Counted from the first letter of the stretch, positions 13,281 to 27,050 are shown. The stretch: 64,000 nt of DNA from Eledone cirrhosa (GCA_964016885.1 OZ024740.1:289416001-289480000), one strand, 5' to 3'. Notes: generated from the letters alone by a model not told the origin. Numbers and translations are program-made.

Positions 13281-13609
13281 GTGCGTACTTGTGTGTATGT
13301 GTGTATATAAGAATAATTGTTTCTACTTTAGGCACAAGGCCAGCAAATGCCCTGTGCATTACTGGTACTTTATTTTATCGACATACACATATATATGTGT
13401 GTATGAAAAGAATGAAATCATGTAGTTGATAGTTCAATACCAATATACGAATTTCTACAATAAACTCGGGTCATCCGAATCTTGCGGGTAAAACACCTCC
13501 AATACCAGCACCATCACCAACACCACCATCACCAACACCAAAAACAGGAAAGACGAAAACTGCGAGGGAGCAGGTCGAATGTATTGTATCTGAAATTAAA
13601 AAGACCAGC

Positions 13610-13770
13610 CAGGGACGTCTTAACAGCATTATAGGCCCCCCGGGCAAACCAGAGCACCGGGGCCCCTACATACACAACCACTCACAGGAATAAAAATACA
13701 AATGGGCCCCTTATCCTCGTAGGGCCCCCGGACAACTGCCCATGCGTGACCATGCGTTAAGACGGCTCCG
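13610..13770. mobile_element. hAT-like MITE
   Basis: Imperfect TIRs cagggacgtcttaac / gttaagacggctccg, subterminal ggcccc motifs, and similar 8 bp flanks (agaccagc / cagccagc). Confidence 0.55.
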
Positions 13771-14139
13771 CAGCCAGCATAGTCACTCACTATACCACAA
13801 TTTATACGCGGAGTGCATGCTTAAATATATGTGCATGGATTCGAATATATATGTATGTGTGAATGAGTGTGTGTGTGTGGGGTGTGTGTGTAGATATTTC
13901 GTGAAAAGCTAGAATCCCGTACTGCACATAAGCGGAGAGAAAAAAAACAACAACATGCATAATCGATTCTGCATATAACGACGAAGATGTGTGCGCATGC
14001 GCACGATGACAGTGCAGATATTCGTATCTGATATCAGGTACTAACATACACTTATATAGGCACGTACATGAGCACACACGACAGGAATACGCACACAGAT
14101 ATACATATATAAATATATATATATAGACATTACATATAT

Positions 14140-14622
14140 TTATATGCATGTATGTATGTATGTATGTATGTATGTATGTATGTATGTATGTATGTATGTA
14201 TGTATGTATGTATGTATGTGCGTATGTGTGCGTGTAAGTGTGTATGTATGTGTGTGTGTATGTGTGTATGTATGCATGTATGTATGTATGTATGTGTGTA
14301 TGTATGTATGTATGTGCGTATGTGTGCATGTATGTGTGCGTGTATGTATGCATGTATGTGTGTATGTATGTATGTGCGTATGTGTGTATGTATGTATGTA
14401 TGTATGTATGTGTGCATGTATGTGTGCGTGTATGTGTGTGTGTATGTGTGTGTGTATGTGTGTATGTATGTATGCATGTATGTATGTATGTGTGTATGTA
14501 TGTATGTATGTATGTATGTATGTGTGTATGTAAGCATGCATGCATATATGTGATATATATATATATATATATATTTACACATATATATTACATAATCGTC
14601 ATCACTTAACGTCCCGTGTTCC

Positions 14623-14658
<36 letters not shown>

Positions 14659-14691
14659 GTGTGTGAGTGTGTGTGTATGTATGTGTATATA

Positions 14692-14758
<67 letters not shown>

Positions 14759-15001
14759 TCGCGCGTGTGTGTAAGTATGTGTGTATGTGTAAAAAGAAAT
14801 TGCAGCCATGTACATTTAATCTTATTAGTTACTTATATAGACCTAATGTTATTGCCTTTATCTTAAATATTTTAAATACCTTACATCGTAGCATTGTATA
14901 TTTTATCCTGAGTTTGTGTTTTGCTTAAAGATGTATGCACTGCTTCGGGTGGATTAGAAGAAGTTCATGTACTGTGTGAGTGTTTGACTGCCTGATTGTG
15001 G

Positions 15002-15072
<71 letters not shown>

Positions 15073-15118
15073 TGTATGTGCGTGGGTGTATTTGAAAAAA
15101 AATTAATGTATATATATA

Positions 15119-15158
<40 letters not shown>

Positions 15159-15174
15159 GATATGTGTGTGTGTT

Positions 15175-15206
<32 letters not shown>

Positions 15207-15255
15207 TATACATGCTTGTACATGTGTGTGTGTGTTTGTGAATATATGTACATAC

Positions 15256-15315
<60 letters not shown>

Positions 15316-15452
15316 GTATATATATATATGTATATATATATATGTATATATATATATGCATATATATACTTATATATACTTATATATACATATATATATA
15401 TATATAAGTATATATAAGTATATATATGCATATATATATACATATATATACA

Positions 15453-15497
<45 letters not shown>

Positions 15498-15543
15498 TTA
15501 TATACTTATATATCCTATATATACTTATATGTCATGTATATGT

Positions 15544-15627
<84 letters not shown>

Positions 15628-16048
15628 ATGCGCATTCATTTTTAGGACAGTATGCGTGTCTATGTGTTTGCGTGCACTTAAATATTACACCAAATGCTTA
15701 TTTCGTCGCAGTTGTAAGAATGCACTCAGTTTATGTGAACTACAGCAGAATGTTAAATAACATGATTAGATGCGATTAGATAAAACATGAGGTGAACAAT
15801 ATTCATTTCTTCACATACGCAAGCACATATGCGCATGTACAAATCCATCTGTACATTGTAGAGGCTTATATGCACATGTACACACATCCAGGTTTGCGCA
15901 TGTGCAAAGATCCAGAATATAATGTGCAATTATAACAACTTGAAAAACAATAAACACTCGAATCAATGCGCAATTACAAAGGAAATGCATACGGATATAT
16001 TTATATATGTATATTTTATATATATATATATATATAAATATATATATT

Positions 16049-16079
<31 letters not shown>

Positions 16080-16221
16080 AAATATACATATACACACACG
16101 TATATATATATATATAGTAATAATAATAAATTTGAAGACTAAAATCCAAAGAGGGCTCGATAAGAATAAATATATTTCAAATTAATAAATATATATATAT
16201 ATATATATGTCTGTGTAAATG

Positions 16222-16260
<39 letters not shown>
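14140..16260. repeat. Compound microsatellite field: (TATG)n, (TG)n, (TA)n
   Basis: Directly visible simple repeats. Confidence 0.95.
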
Positions 16261-16263
<3 letters not shown>

Positions 16264-16447
16264 AAGTAAGACCCCGACGGCTGAGCTCAAGCCGTTTCGA
16301 CGGCTAATTCAGTCCAGAATTAGCCGTCGAAACGGCTTGAGCTCAGCCGTCGGGGTCTTCCTTGTTCCTATTACCTACTCTACTACCCTAAGTATTGAGT
16401 ACTTTGGTGCGTTATGGTCCACCTGGTTCCTTACCACATTTCCTTCG

Positions 16448-16489
<42 letters not shown>

Positions 16490-16513
16490 CATATACACAG
16501 ACATGCAAACAAA

Positions 16514-16624
<111 letters not shown>

Positions 16625-16775
16625 CAGCACACTTAAAAATCAATACGGAAACAGATAGACATCAGATAAAACATGCAATGCACATTAAACAATAACTCAA
16701 TAACTACACATAAATCAATGCACACACACATACTTGGATAATATTAAAAGACATACATTGATATATAAACGTACA

Positions 16776-16838
<63 letters not shown>

Positions 16839-16888
16839 TCGATTATATATATATATTACTCGAAATCGAATTACAGCCATCATATATA

Positions 16889-16932
<44 letters not shown>

Positions 16933-17372
16933 CATATATATATACATATATGGTATATGTGATGGCTGTGACTCAATTTCGAGTAATGCCATAGCTTGTT
17001 ACTTAAGCATGAACAACACCGACATATGGTATATATACGAACACACATACGCGCATGCGCGAACAACCACCCATCCACATATGGAATATCTATATATCAA
17101 TACACTAGGGTTGCCAGATAAATTTCATAAAGTGTAACTAAAAAAAAAAAAAAAAAAAAAAGTAACTGAAGTAGCAGATTATATCGAAAATAGCCCAAAT
17201 GGAAATTTTTCCTACTTTAAAAAATACAATATATATATATATTGATAGTGTAACTTGTAAAGTCAGTTTTAATTTTGTTAGTCGATAATTTACTATGATA
17301 GTCAAGATAATTCTTATCTTTAAAAACTTAAATTCTCAAGTACCGAATAATCTTGTCTTATATTATTGCTGT

Positions 17373-17562
17373 ACGGTGGATTGGCAGTATCAGTAGAAGG
17401 TCGGACGCCATGCTTTCCAGCATAGTCACGTCCCTTTACGATCTGAGTTCAAATCCCGCCGAGGTTGACTTTGCCTTTCATCCTTACGGGGTCGATAAAA
17501 TAAAGTACCAGTAATGCACTGGGTAATTTGCTGGCCTTGTGCCTAAAGTAGAAACAATTATT
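17373..17562 (+). mobile_element. Family 1 SINE, full-length copy
   Basis: cggtggattggcagtatc...gagttcaaatcccgccgagg...gtagaaacaattatt. Confidence 0.85.
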
Positions 17563-17997
17563 GCTGTAGTATGTGCCGTGTAAAACGTCGGTCACGTTGG
17601 AAGGGGTGGTAGTGGTAAGAGTGTGCAAGAGAGAGAGAGAGAGAGAGAGAGAGAAGTCAGATTTGCAGAGAAAGAAAGCGATTGCAGTGATCGTAGTGGT
17701 GGATGAAAAATATCATTATGGAAAGGAAGGGGATGGTAATAGTATGTGAGAGAGAGAGACAGATAGATAAAAAGAAATAAAAAGATAGGGAGAGAGAGAG
17801 AGAGAGGGAGAGATACAACTAATCTCAAATTATAAACGAGTAAATGATTCCATTCTGTTACCGTCAGTCATTTGTTAAATTTATACAATATATTTTCTTG
17901 TCATATATATGTAATTAAGTAATGTATATATTATTTGTGTGTCAAAAGTCTAAAGTTATTAAAGTATATACATATGCATATGAACACATCTCACCCC

Positions 17998-18035
<38 letters not shown>

Positions 18036-18051
18036 ACACATAATTATACAT

Positions 18052-18340
18052 GAGAAGACATGTGGTCAATAATATCAGGTGCAAAAATCTAGCTCCTCTT
18101 ACATCTGAAGTACCATATTGAATCTACATATACGGATCAAGGAACACGCGACAACGAGAGCTTCTTCCGTTAAAAAAACAATTTGACGGATGCCGCAACC
18201 AAGACATTGAGGTCACCATAGAGGCGACTGAAAGGAATATGGCAACTCTATGGATTGAGGAAGCCATTTTCATCAGCTGAATAAAACCAGAGATAAATAA
18301 TATGTCAGAATTACACGAGGCAGAATGGTTACTGTAGCGA
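18052..18340 (+). pseudogene. Degenerate GIY-YIG endonuclease C-terminal fragment of a Penelope-like element
   Basis: Manual translation across frameshifts gives HVVNNIRC...SSYI*STILNLHIRIKEHATTRASSVKK...LWIEEAIFIS*IKPEINN, which resembles the PLE pattern VY-x-C...YIG...RxxEH...LEAxxI...PxLN. Confidence 0.6.
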
Positions 18341-18614
18341 CCTCGAGCATGTGCGTGTGTTTTCAAACACATAGAACAGTTTGGGAAGAAAACTCTAAAA
18401 ACTCTGATCGCTCGTTTGTTTTGTTTTGGACTGTCTTAGCATCACATCCGAAAAGATGGCAACAGTCCTGAAATATCATGCTAAAATACACTGGGTAAAA
18501 CATTACTTTGTTTTGCTTTATTTGTCATCATTTGCTCTTCCTATTTTTCTACCGTATTGTACCGGCTTTAAAAAAAGAATTTATCGGTATATATATATAT
18601 ATATTTATATTCAA

Positions 18615-21400
18615 TGATATTAAATAAATGGAAACTATATTTATAAAACCATATTTATTCTATTATATATATTTCAGATAAAATACAAAGTTTGTTTTAT
18701 AAATATTGACATAACCAGGAATAGGATCTTAACGGTTGAAGTTATTCCTGGATAGTGAAGGAAAGAAGGGAAAAGAGAAGAAAAGTCAAATATTTCAAAT
18801 TATTAAGATGAATATGCAAATGTGGTTGAGGTATAGGGCTGAAAAAAACCCCGATATTTTTAGACGCTATGTAGATTAAAATAATTATTAGGATATATGT
18901 ATGTATGTGTAGGAAGAAGAAAGAGAAAGAAAGAAGAGCTTGCATTTACGTTAATTTAAAAAGAATTAACAGTTTGTAGGAATGGTGGAATATGATTCCA
19001 GAATTTAAAAATTATTTAGCTGTATTATGAGTTACAATATTGTATATATAATCAATTAGATTATATGAAGAACTATGGTTGTAAGTACATTTTATCTTAT
19101 TACATTACAACAGGTTGTAAGTATATAAATATCTATATAGATTGTGCATGTATAAGTATTATTGGTGATTTTATAGAAATAGAAATAAATCACAATTATT
19201 AGTTGTTTACATTTCTCATATGAGTTACGAAGGGTGTTGATATTGCATTTTACATTAAAAAAACACGTAGTTCAAGTTGTAAGTGGAGAACAATTTGTAG
19301 ATTCAAATATTTTGTTCCAACATTGAAAATGTTTTCAGAATATTGTTAATTTAGCGAAGTTATATAGTTTATCATACATATTATATTATAATGTTTATGT
19401 TTGCTCCATTGAAAAGGAAAAGATAACTCAAATCTTGTTTGTTAACCGTTAAATTTGATGAAAATAATGTCAAATGGTAAAAATATTAAAATTAAGAAGG
19501 AAGATCATTTAAAAAAATCTAAATTTTCAGTAAATAAAAGGATCATTTTAAAGGTGTATAAGATACAGTCAAGTGTAATGAATATCATAAATTAAAAATA
19601 CTTCTGAAAGTGGAATTTTGGCGATGTCTGCAACTAGAAAATAATTCTGTTTTAAGATTAATAGAGTCTTAACGGTTAATTATATAAAATAATCTCCTCG
19701 ATACACAAGTGACAGAATCTTGAGAAAGCCATATTTCGGTATGCAGGTGCTTTCGAAATCGTTCCCAAGATATTGAATAGTCTATATTGTTGTCTTTTAA
19801 ATTCCAAATTAAATGTGAAAGTGAAGTGGAAGATTTTTTATCGGACCTATTAAATGTATGTTTATGGCGTCCTTTAAATTTTGTAGAAGTGGCACCAATA
19901 TAGTTAAATATTTTGTCTCTAGTTTTAACTGTGCATTTATAAATTACGTTTTTGTCTAAGCAATTATTTTGTAAAGGGCAGTTTGATTTAATTCTACAGT
20001 TACCTTTTCTGGAGTTGTTGTTATTAGGAATATTATTATTGATATCTTGGTTTGTTTGGTTAGAGTTTAAATTTAAGTTTCTATTATTAATTCTATTTAT
20101 ATTTTGTGCTATGTCCATAGTAGTAGAGTAGGATAGTTTTATAATGTGTCTGTTAAAAATAGAGTGGTATCTGTGGGCTTTAGAAAAACACTTATCTAGT
20201 GCTTTAAAAAATAGCTTTGCTAAAGGTGTTTTAACGCTTAATGAGAATGGGGGAGAGTACCAAATAATATTTCTAGTTCTAGTTTTTTTGTTTGGTTTAC
20301 TATTTAAGTTGAAATGTTTATTGTTATTATAATGAATTCTAGGATGATTTGTCATGTTATTGTTATCTAAGTATTTAATTTTATTCGAGTATCCTGCTCT
20401 ATGTAAAGCCTCATTGTAATATTCTGCCTTATCATCAAAATTATTTTTATTAGCAGAGATGCGTGAAATCCGTTGCTGGACGCTATTGATAATAGTGTTT
20501 TTAATATTTCTAGGATGATTAGAATTGAAACTTACGTAATTTAGATTTTCGTTAATTTTATGGAATAGATAGTAAAGACTTGAGCTAAGGTTTAAGGATA
20601 CATTTAAGAAGTTAACGATTTTGTAATTATTCTCGATTTCTAAATTAAGGTTGTAGTTGTTGAAAAATTGTATTATGGATTTCTTTTCCCTATTAATTTC
20701 ACTATTGCTATAGTTTTCAATTAAAAGTAACATATCGTCGCGATATAAACCTCCGGTCATCTCTGGCAATTTTCTATCCAGTATATTATTGATAAATAAT
20801 CCAACGAGGTCTGTTACTTGCGCATAGTCAGATGATCTCATAGTGATATCAAAATTGTTTTTTCTGTCGGCTCTTGTCCAGAGATGATTATTAAATTCTA
20901 TTAGCTGTTAGAATTATATTCATTTCTTCACTAGATAGGTCTGTATGTTTAAACGCGTAGATAAGTGCCTTATTAAGTAAACTAGGGGTAATAGAGGAGT
21001 AGTAATTTGCAATATCCATTTGAATGAATTTTTTGTTATGTTTTAATTTTATGTTATTAAACCAATCTATAACTTCATTAGTACCGTTCCATAGTTTAAG
21101 GTGTGATTTTTCTTTAAGTAGTGGTATAATTCTATCTAGTATATGCTTGCTAATTATGCCTAAGTCAGATTTAGATGGTGCGATGAGTCTCACTGGTAGT
21201 TAAATTTCAAAATTTCTTTTGTGGTCCTTCAAGTTAATGAAGGTTTTCTAGGTATAAAGGGTTCAGTCCTATTTTGAATGCCTAATTTATAAATAATTTC
21301 CGAAGCTTCCCTATTTAAGGTTGAAAGATCTTCAATTGATGTCATTTTGTAGCTTTTCCTGAGTTCTTTCAGTATAAGGTTATTATATAACTCGAGCGGG
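18615..21400 (-). mobile_element. Penelope-like retroelement (RT + GIY-YIG), frameshifted and 5'-truncated
   Basis: ORFs 21229-21426, 20891-21193 and 19669-20841 give RLIAPSKSDLG, MDIANYYSSI, GLYRDD (RT) and CRIKSNCPLQNNCL-VIYKC-YIGAT (GIY-YIG). The 3' end matches the pLTR-like sequence at 370-430. Confidence 0.9.
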
Positions 21401-21735
21401 AACGATTTTCCATTGCCAATTTGCATTGATCATCTGCAAAGCCGTATTGTTCTCAGCACCACTACACCAGTCTTTCGATGCGTGCAGCTGGAATTACTGC
21501 CACTCATTGATTTGGCAGGATTAAAAAAAATTTTTTTTTAAAGATGACCATTGACTCTTACGAGTTCTTCTGCCCTTTGTCAGGTTTTGTTTTTTGTCCT
21601 GCAGGGTGTCCAAAATCACCTTCCTCACCAAGAAAACTTGGCGGGGTTGCCGGTTTAGTCGGCGACGACCCGACCATGCGACAGGTTGTACTGGGTTACA
21701 TGCTACCAGTAGCACTCAAGAGTGACCTGACCTAA
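21400..21735 (-). mobile_element. RTE-LINE 5' end fragment
   Basis: Contains the ~190 bp repeat also at 31945, 37950, 45990 and 47755. A diverged + strand copy at 63165 precedes an APE endonuclease reading frame. Confidence 0.55.
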
Positions 21736-21791
21736 GTATTGAGTACTCTGGTGCTTTATGGTCCATCTGGCATCCTACCACATCCTCTTTG

Positions 21792-21878
<87 letters not shown>

Positions 21879-21980
21879 CTAGTAACATATATATACATAC
21901 AGATGCATATCAATGCTAGCAAATATATAGGTTTTGTCTTAGTAACTTTGTGGTTCAATGCATGGGGCTGCAGAACAATA

Positions 21981-22286
21981 ATATGAGAGACGTAAAATAA
22001 GAAAATTATAAAATTAAGTTACTTACTCACCGACGCAGAGGCAGTGATTTTCCCAATGGCTAGGAATTCAGTCCACGCTTTGCTATTTTCTATCCACTGA
22101 ATTATTTTTGAATAAGTTTCCAGAGTCCACGCTTTGCCTGGATACTTAGCTGAGAATAGTCTTCCCTGACGACGAAATGATTCTCTATATTTTCTTCGGA
22201 AAGTATATTTATTCCATTTCAGAAACTAATTAGTTGGGAGTGAAATTTTAGTAAGTAAGTTAATTTTATAATTTTCTTATTTTACG

Positions 22287-22296
<10 letters not shown>
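21981..22296. mobile_element. Small fold-back element with ~47 bp terminal inverted repeats
   Basis: atatgagagacgtaaaataagaaaattataaaattaa...acttact pairs with agtaagt...ttaattttataattttcttattttacgtctctcatat. The interior contains CTGACGA-cgaa...ttcg-GAAA. Confidence 0.7.
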
Positions 22297-22376
<80 letters not shown>

Positions 22377-22402
22377 TCTCATATATATATATATATATAT
22401 AT

Positions 22403-22469
<67 letters not shown>

Positions 22470-24000
22470 TAAGAAGTTGACGGACCCAGCATATCTATCA
22501 ATGATAGGACCAGTTGCATCTCAGCGTACTCAATAGGTAATGTAAAATACACTCACAGAGTATACACATAGTTATTCGCTTCAGTACAACACTCGAAAAC
22601 GGGTACCTATAGTAGTTCTCGAACTCGAGTTTCGGCCACATTTAATGCTGCAGTAGGGTGCACGGCACCCTCTGTCTGCATGTATTATGCAATAATGCAT
22701 AATCGGCGTATGGTGCTTCATCAGCGGGTATCGCCTAATCAATAACCAATCGATCGACAGAATTCGATTCCAGTCCATGCCGGCTATGACTGCTTGTGAC
22801 GGCCGACACAGTAAAATGATTAGCAACTGGAATTTGATACAATGCTGTCCCCCGATCGGCCACCGATTTACAAATTTACGTGATGACAGGAGATTAGAAA
22901 ACAAACATTTCCGCTCCCGTCTTAAGCTCTCAGCCAGCGTGTCTCAAACACAAATTAATAAGAAAGTAAGAAAGTGAAAAATTGGTTATTAGAAAAAGCA
23001 GTCTCACATCGTTGTATAATAGAAGGGTAGCATTCAGCTCTAGTCTCCAAGTCCCATGGCGAGAGGATCGCGATAGTAACAGTGGTAGTGCCTACAACCT
23101 TTATCCGGACATTAAATGCCAACATCCATTACACAGCGATATAGAGTAGCGTGGTGGTTAGCGACCAACCACGTGCGTAAACCAGTCTATTTCACAACTT
23201 AAACGATTCAATAAGTGAGAGAGAGAAAATTAATAGCAGGAATTAGAGCGCATATATATATATATATATATAACTTATTAATATAACATTTAAAATACCA
23301 TATTGTTGGGTGGTTATTTTTAATTACATTGGGAAATTTCTACTGGGTCAGCTAGTTGAAATAAAAAATAATATTCTGATCCGTTATTTTTAGCTCAATG
23401 TAGTAACTATGCAATACATACGAGGTGATACACAATATATTCTTTAACTGGTTTAGTCAACAGATTGTGGTTATGCTTGGATTTACACGAGCGCGTTGAC
23501 TTCAGTTGTTATTCAGAATATGGAACATATGTTATCGATCTCTTTCTGCCAAACCGCTAGATTACGAGATGCAAACTGGAGTATATATATTATGGCCCAA
23601 ATATATCTACAAGATCTTTGTGGTAGGTTTGAAACTCCAAAACGGAATATATATATATATATATATTGTTATACTTGGGGAGGGTCATATTGTTGTAATA
23701 ATATTGCCAGAATTAATAACAGAACACACTCACTGTTTGGTTGGTTTTCGCTTCTGTATCTTTTATATCAGCTAATTCATTCGGTCCTCAATTGACTGAC
23801 CAACGGTCAAAAATACAGATATAATATAGATATAAACACACACATATAGTCTAACAAAGTTCTTTCGTTGCACATCTGCAACATCGTCAGTGGTGTTATT
23901 ATGTTCCTCCTGTTTTATTGTATATCTACGCCATCATTTTCCCAAGTATAACAATATTTGTTTCGACACACGATTTCATATCAAAAACCTCGCAAAAGAA

Positions 24001-24057
<57 letters not shown>

Positions 24058-24154
24058 TATGTGTGTATGTATATATATGTGTGTGTGTATGTATGTGTGG
24101 GTGTGTGTATATATATGTGTATGTATATGTGTGTATATATATGTATGTACACAC

Positions 24155-24196
<42 letters not shown>

Positions 24197-24241
24197 ATGT
24201 ATGTGTGTATCTGGATGTATGTGTATGTATATATATGTGTT

Positions 24242-24272
<31 letters not shown>

Positions 24273-24345
24273 GTGTGTGTATGTGCATATATGTGTGTGT
24301 GTATGTGTGTATGTATATGTATGTGTGTGTGTGTGTGTATGTGTG

Positions 24346-24386
<41 letters not shown>

Positions 24387-24739
24387 ATGTATATGTATAT
24401 GTATGTATGTGTGGATGAAGGTATGTGTGTATATATAGGTGTAAGTGCACTAAATCCCTTTCTATCAATCTCCCCTCCTCTACCGAGCACAGGAAGATAT
24501 ATGTATGTATATTGCTTCCACCCCCTCACTGACCAGCAGCTGGCCATCTGGCCATTGCTAAATTTGACCTTTATAAAATAACCCACACCCCCAAATAACT
24601 TCTCATTCACTACCAGAAGCAGTCAACGAGCTGCTACCAAGATGAAAACTACTATGAAATCCCACAATGAATTTTATACTTGAATTTTCAAATCTCAAAT
24701 TTTAACTCTTCTTATTATTAATTTTTCTTAATATTAATC

Positions 24740-24787
24740 AACATTTGAAAAGATGGCTTTTGCAGACCCATCGAAACCGGTCATTTT
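24740..24787 (+). ncRNA. Hammerhead-like motif with a U3-A8 core
   Basis: aacat-TTGAAAA-gatgg-cttttgcagac-ccatc-GAAA-ccgg-TC-atttt; stem I is imperfect. Confidence 0.5.
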
Positions 24788-24884
24788 TTATACCCTTTAT
24801 TATTTCCTTACCTTATAAAATTATATGTTTTTTCACAAAAAAGTATTCTGTCTCTTATATATTCCATGTGCCATTACCAACCTC

Positions 24885-25020
<136 letters not shown>

Positions 25021-25191
25021 ATATATATATCAACATATTGAGAGAAGTATACATAGGGATATGTTCAATCATAGGGGATCAAAAACGACCAGAGTGACGA
25101 ACATATTACCTACGGAAGAAATGGTGAATATAAATCAATAAAAAGAATATATATATATATATATATATATATTCTAAGGACATAATTTATA

Positions 25192-25247
<56 letters not shown>

Positions 25248-25631
25248 TTTCATTTTTTTCCGTTTATATATATATATATATATATAAACGGAAAAAAATG
25301 AAACGAAATTTCATTTCTCACTCTTAGTACGGCTGTTACTTAAATATAAGTATGTATACGTACATACATATATGTATACAGACGTACAACAAGACACTGT
25401 ACGGCTTAATTCGGGTTGTTTGTTTATAAACACACCGAGCATTATATTAAATGTTCGCTGAATCCATACGTACATATATATATATATGTGTGCATGTATG
25501 TATATATATATACATACTACTGTACGTCTGTATACATATATGTATGTACGTATACATACTTATATATATATATATATATATATGAGAAGATTGGAGTGCT
25601 GCGTGGTTGCACATGGGTTACATATGAATAA

Positions 25632-25711
25632 AATTAGTTCTTCATCAGCGATTTTCCAACCTTCATTGGTATTCCATCGCTTTAAAAATCATATACCTCT
25701 AGTTGGTGCGA
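25632..25711 (-). ncRNA. Permuted hammerhead-like motif (degenerate copy, GAAA mutated to GGAA) inside a repeat at about 25588-25925
   Basis: Minus strand reads tcgc-a-ccaact-aga-ggta-TA-tgatttt-taaa-gcgat-GGAA-tacc-aatgaa-ggttgg-aaaatcg-CTGATGA. It is a paralog of 54402-54481. Confidence 0.55.
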
Positions 25712-26104
25712 GCAATAGCTAAATAAAGCTATTGGGACAAGTAATATAGCGTGAAGCGAGCGAGAGATGTAAACAAACAAAGATGGTATTGCAACGGAAA
25801 GATAGAAAGAAACAAGTACATGATATCTATTAAGCTTAAGCTTGGTGAATTCATGGACGAGAGAGATATACAGACCATCCGACATGGGTGAGGTGTGAGC
25901 GAGAAAAGGATTTCACACAGGTCAAACTTTTGACCAATCCTTGTGACAATCACTTTTACCATACATGGAATTACCCCCGAGAAGCTCGGCTATTCATGTA
26001 CAAGGATAAAAATTTTCATTTAGTCGATAATTAGCCGTCGAAACGGCTTGAGCTCAGCCGTCGGGGTCCTACTCGTTGCTATATATATATATATATATAT
26101 ATAT

Positions 26105-27050
26105 GAAAATTAGAATTGGTGCTCTGAAATATATATATATGAATGTATATATAGTCTATTTTGCAATACACTGTATGCTTAATTAAAAGCATTTTGAAGA
26201 CCATACGCTATTGTTTTAAAATAGTGACAATGTCACTTATTTAAATTTTCAGCAAACAGGGGAAATAAACTGACAGAGCTCTGTTTCGTACTTTTTAGTA
26301 CTTATCAAAGCTCACTACCCGTCCTGTTTACTGAAAATTACGTGTGTTGGATTCTTATAGAATTCCAGTAATAATCAGGAACTGATTATACAGAGCGGTC
26401 GCCGGTCCAGTAGAAATTAAAAAATTAGAATTGGTGCTCTGAAATAGCGATATTTATATATATATGAATGTATATATAGTGTATTTTGCAATACACTGCT
26501 TAATTAAAAGCATTTTCAAAACGATACGCTATTGTTTTAAAATAGTGACAATGTCACTTATTTAAATTTTCAGCAAACAGGGGAGATAAACTGACAGAGT
26601 TCTGTTTCGTACTTTTTAGAACTTGTCCTCCTGTTTGCTGAAAATTATGTGTGTTGGATTCTTATAGAATTCCAGTAATAATCAGGAACTGATTATACAG
26701 AGCGGTCGCCGGTCCAGTAGAAATTGAAAATTAGAATTAGTGCTCTGAAATACCGATATATATATGAGCACCAATTCTAATTTTCAATTTCTGCTGGACC
26801 GGCGAACGCTCTGTATAATCAGTTCCTGATTATTACTGGAATTCTATAAGAATCCAACACACGTAATTTTCCAACACACGTAATTTTCAGCAAACAGGAG
26901 GAGTAGTGAGCTTTGATAAGTACCAAAAAAGTACGAAACAGAGCTCTATCAGTTTATCTCCCCTGTTTGCTGAAAATTTAAATAAATGACATTGTCACTA
27001 TTTTAAAACAATAGCGTATGGTCTTCAAAATGGTTTTAATTAAGGATACA
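26105..27050. repeat. ~310-325 bp tandem repeat (2 direct copies + 1 inverted), related to the 310 bp unit
   Basis: Shares cagagcggtcgccggtccagtagaaatt...gctctgaaatagcgata and cattttgaagacc with the 4737 family. The inversion is at about 26765. Confidence 0.85.
26265..26315 (-). ncRNA. Type I hammerhead with a compensatory U3-A8 core (inverted copy 26906-26957, +)
   Basis: Minus strand reads gtgagct-TTGATAA-gtact-aaaa-agtac-GAAA-cagagctctg-TC-agtttat. It is nested in a 17 bp helix, aattttcagcaaacagg/cctgtttgctgaaaatt (perfect in the 26.9 kb copy). Confidence 0.75.
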
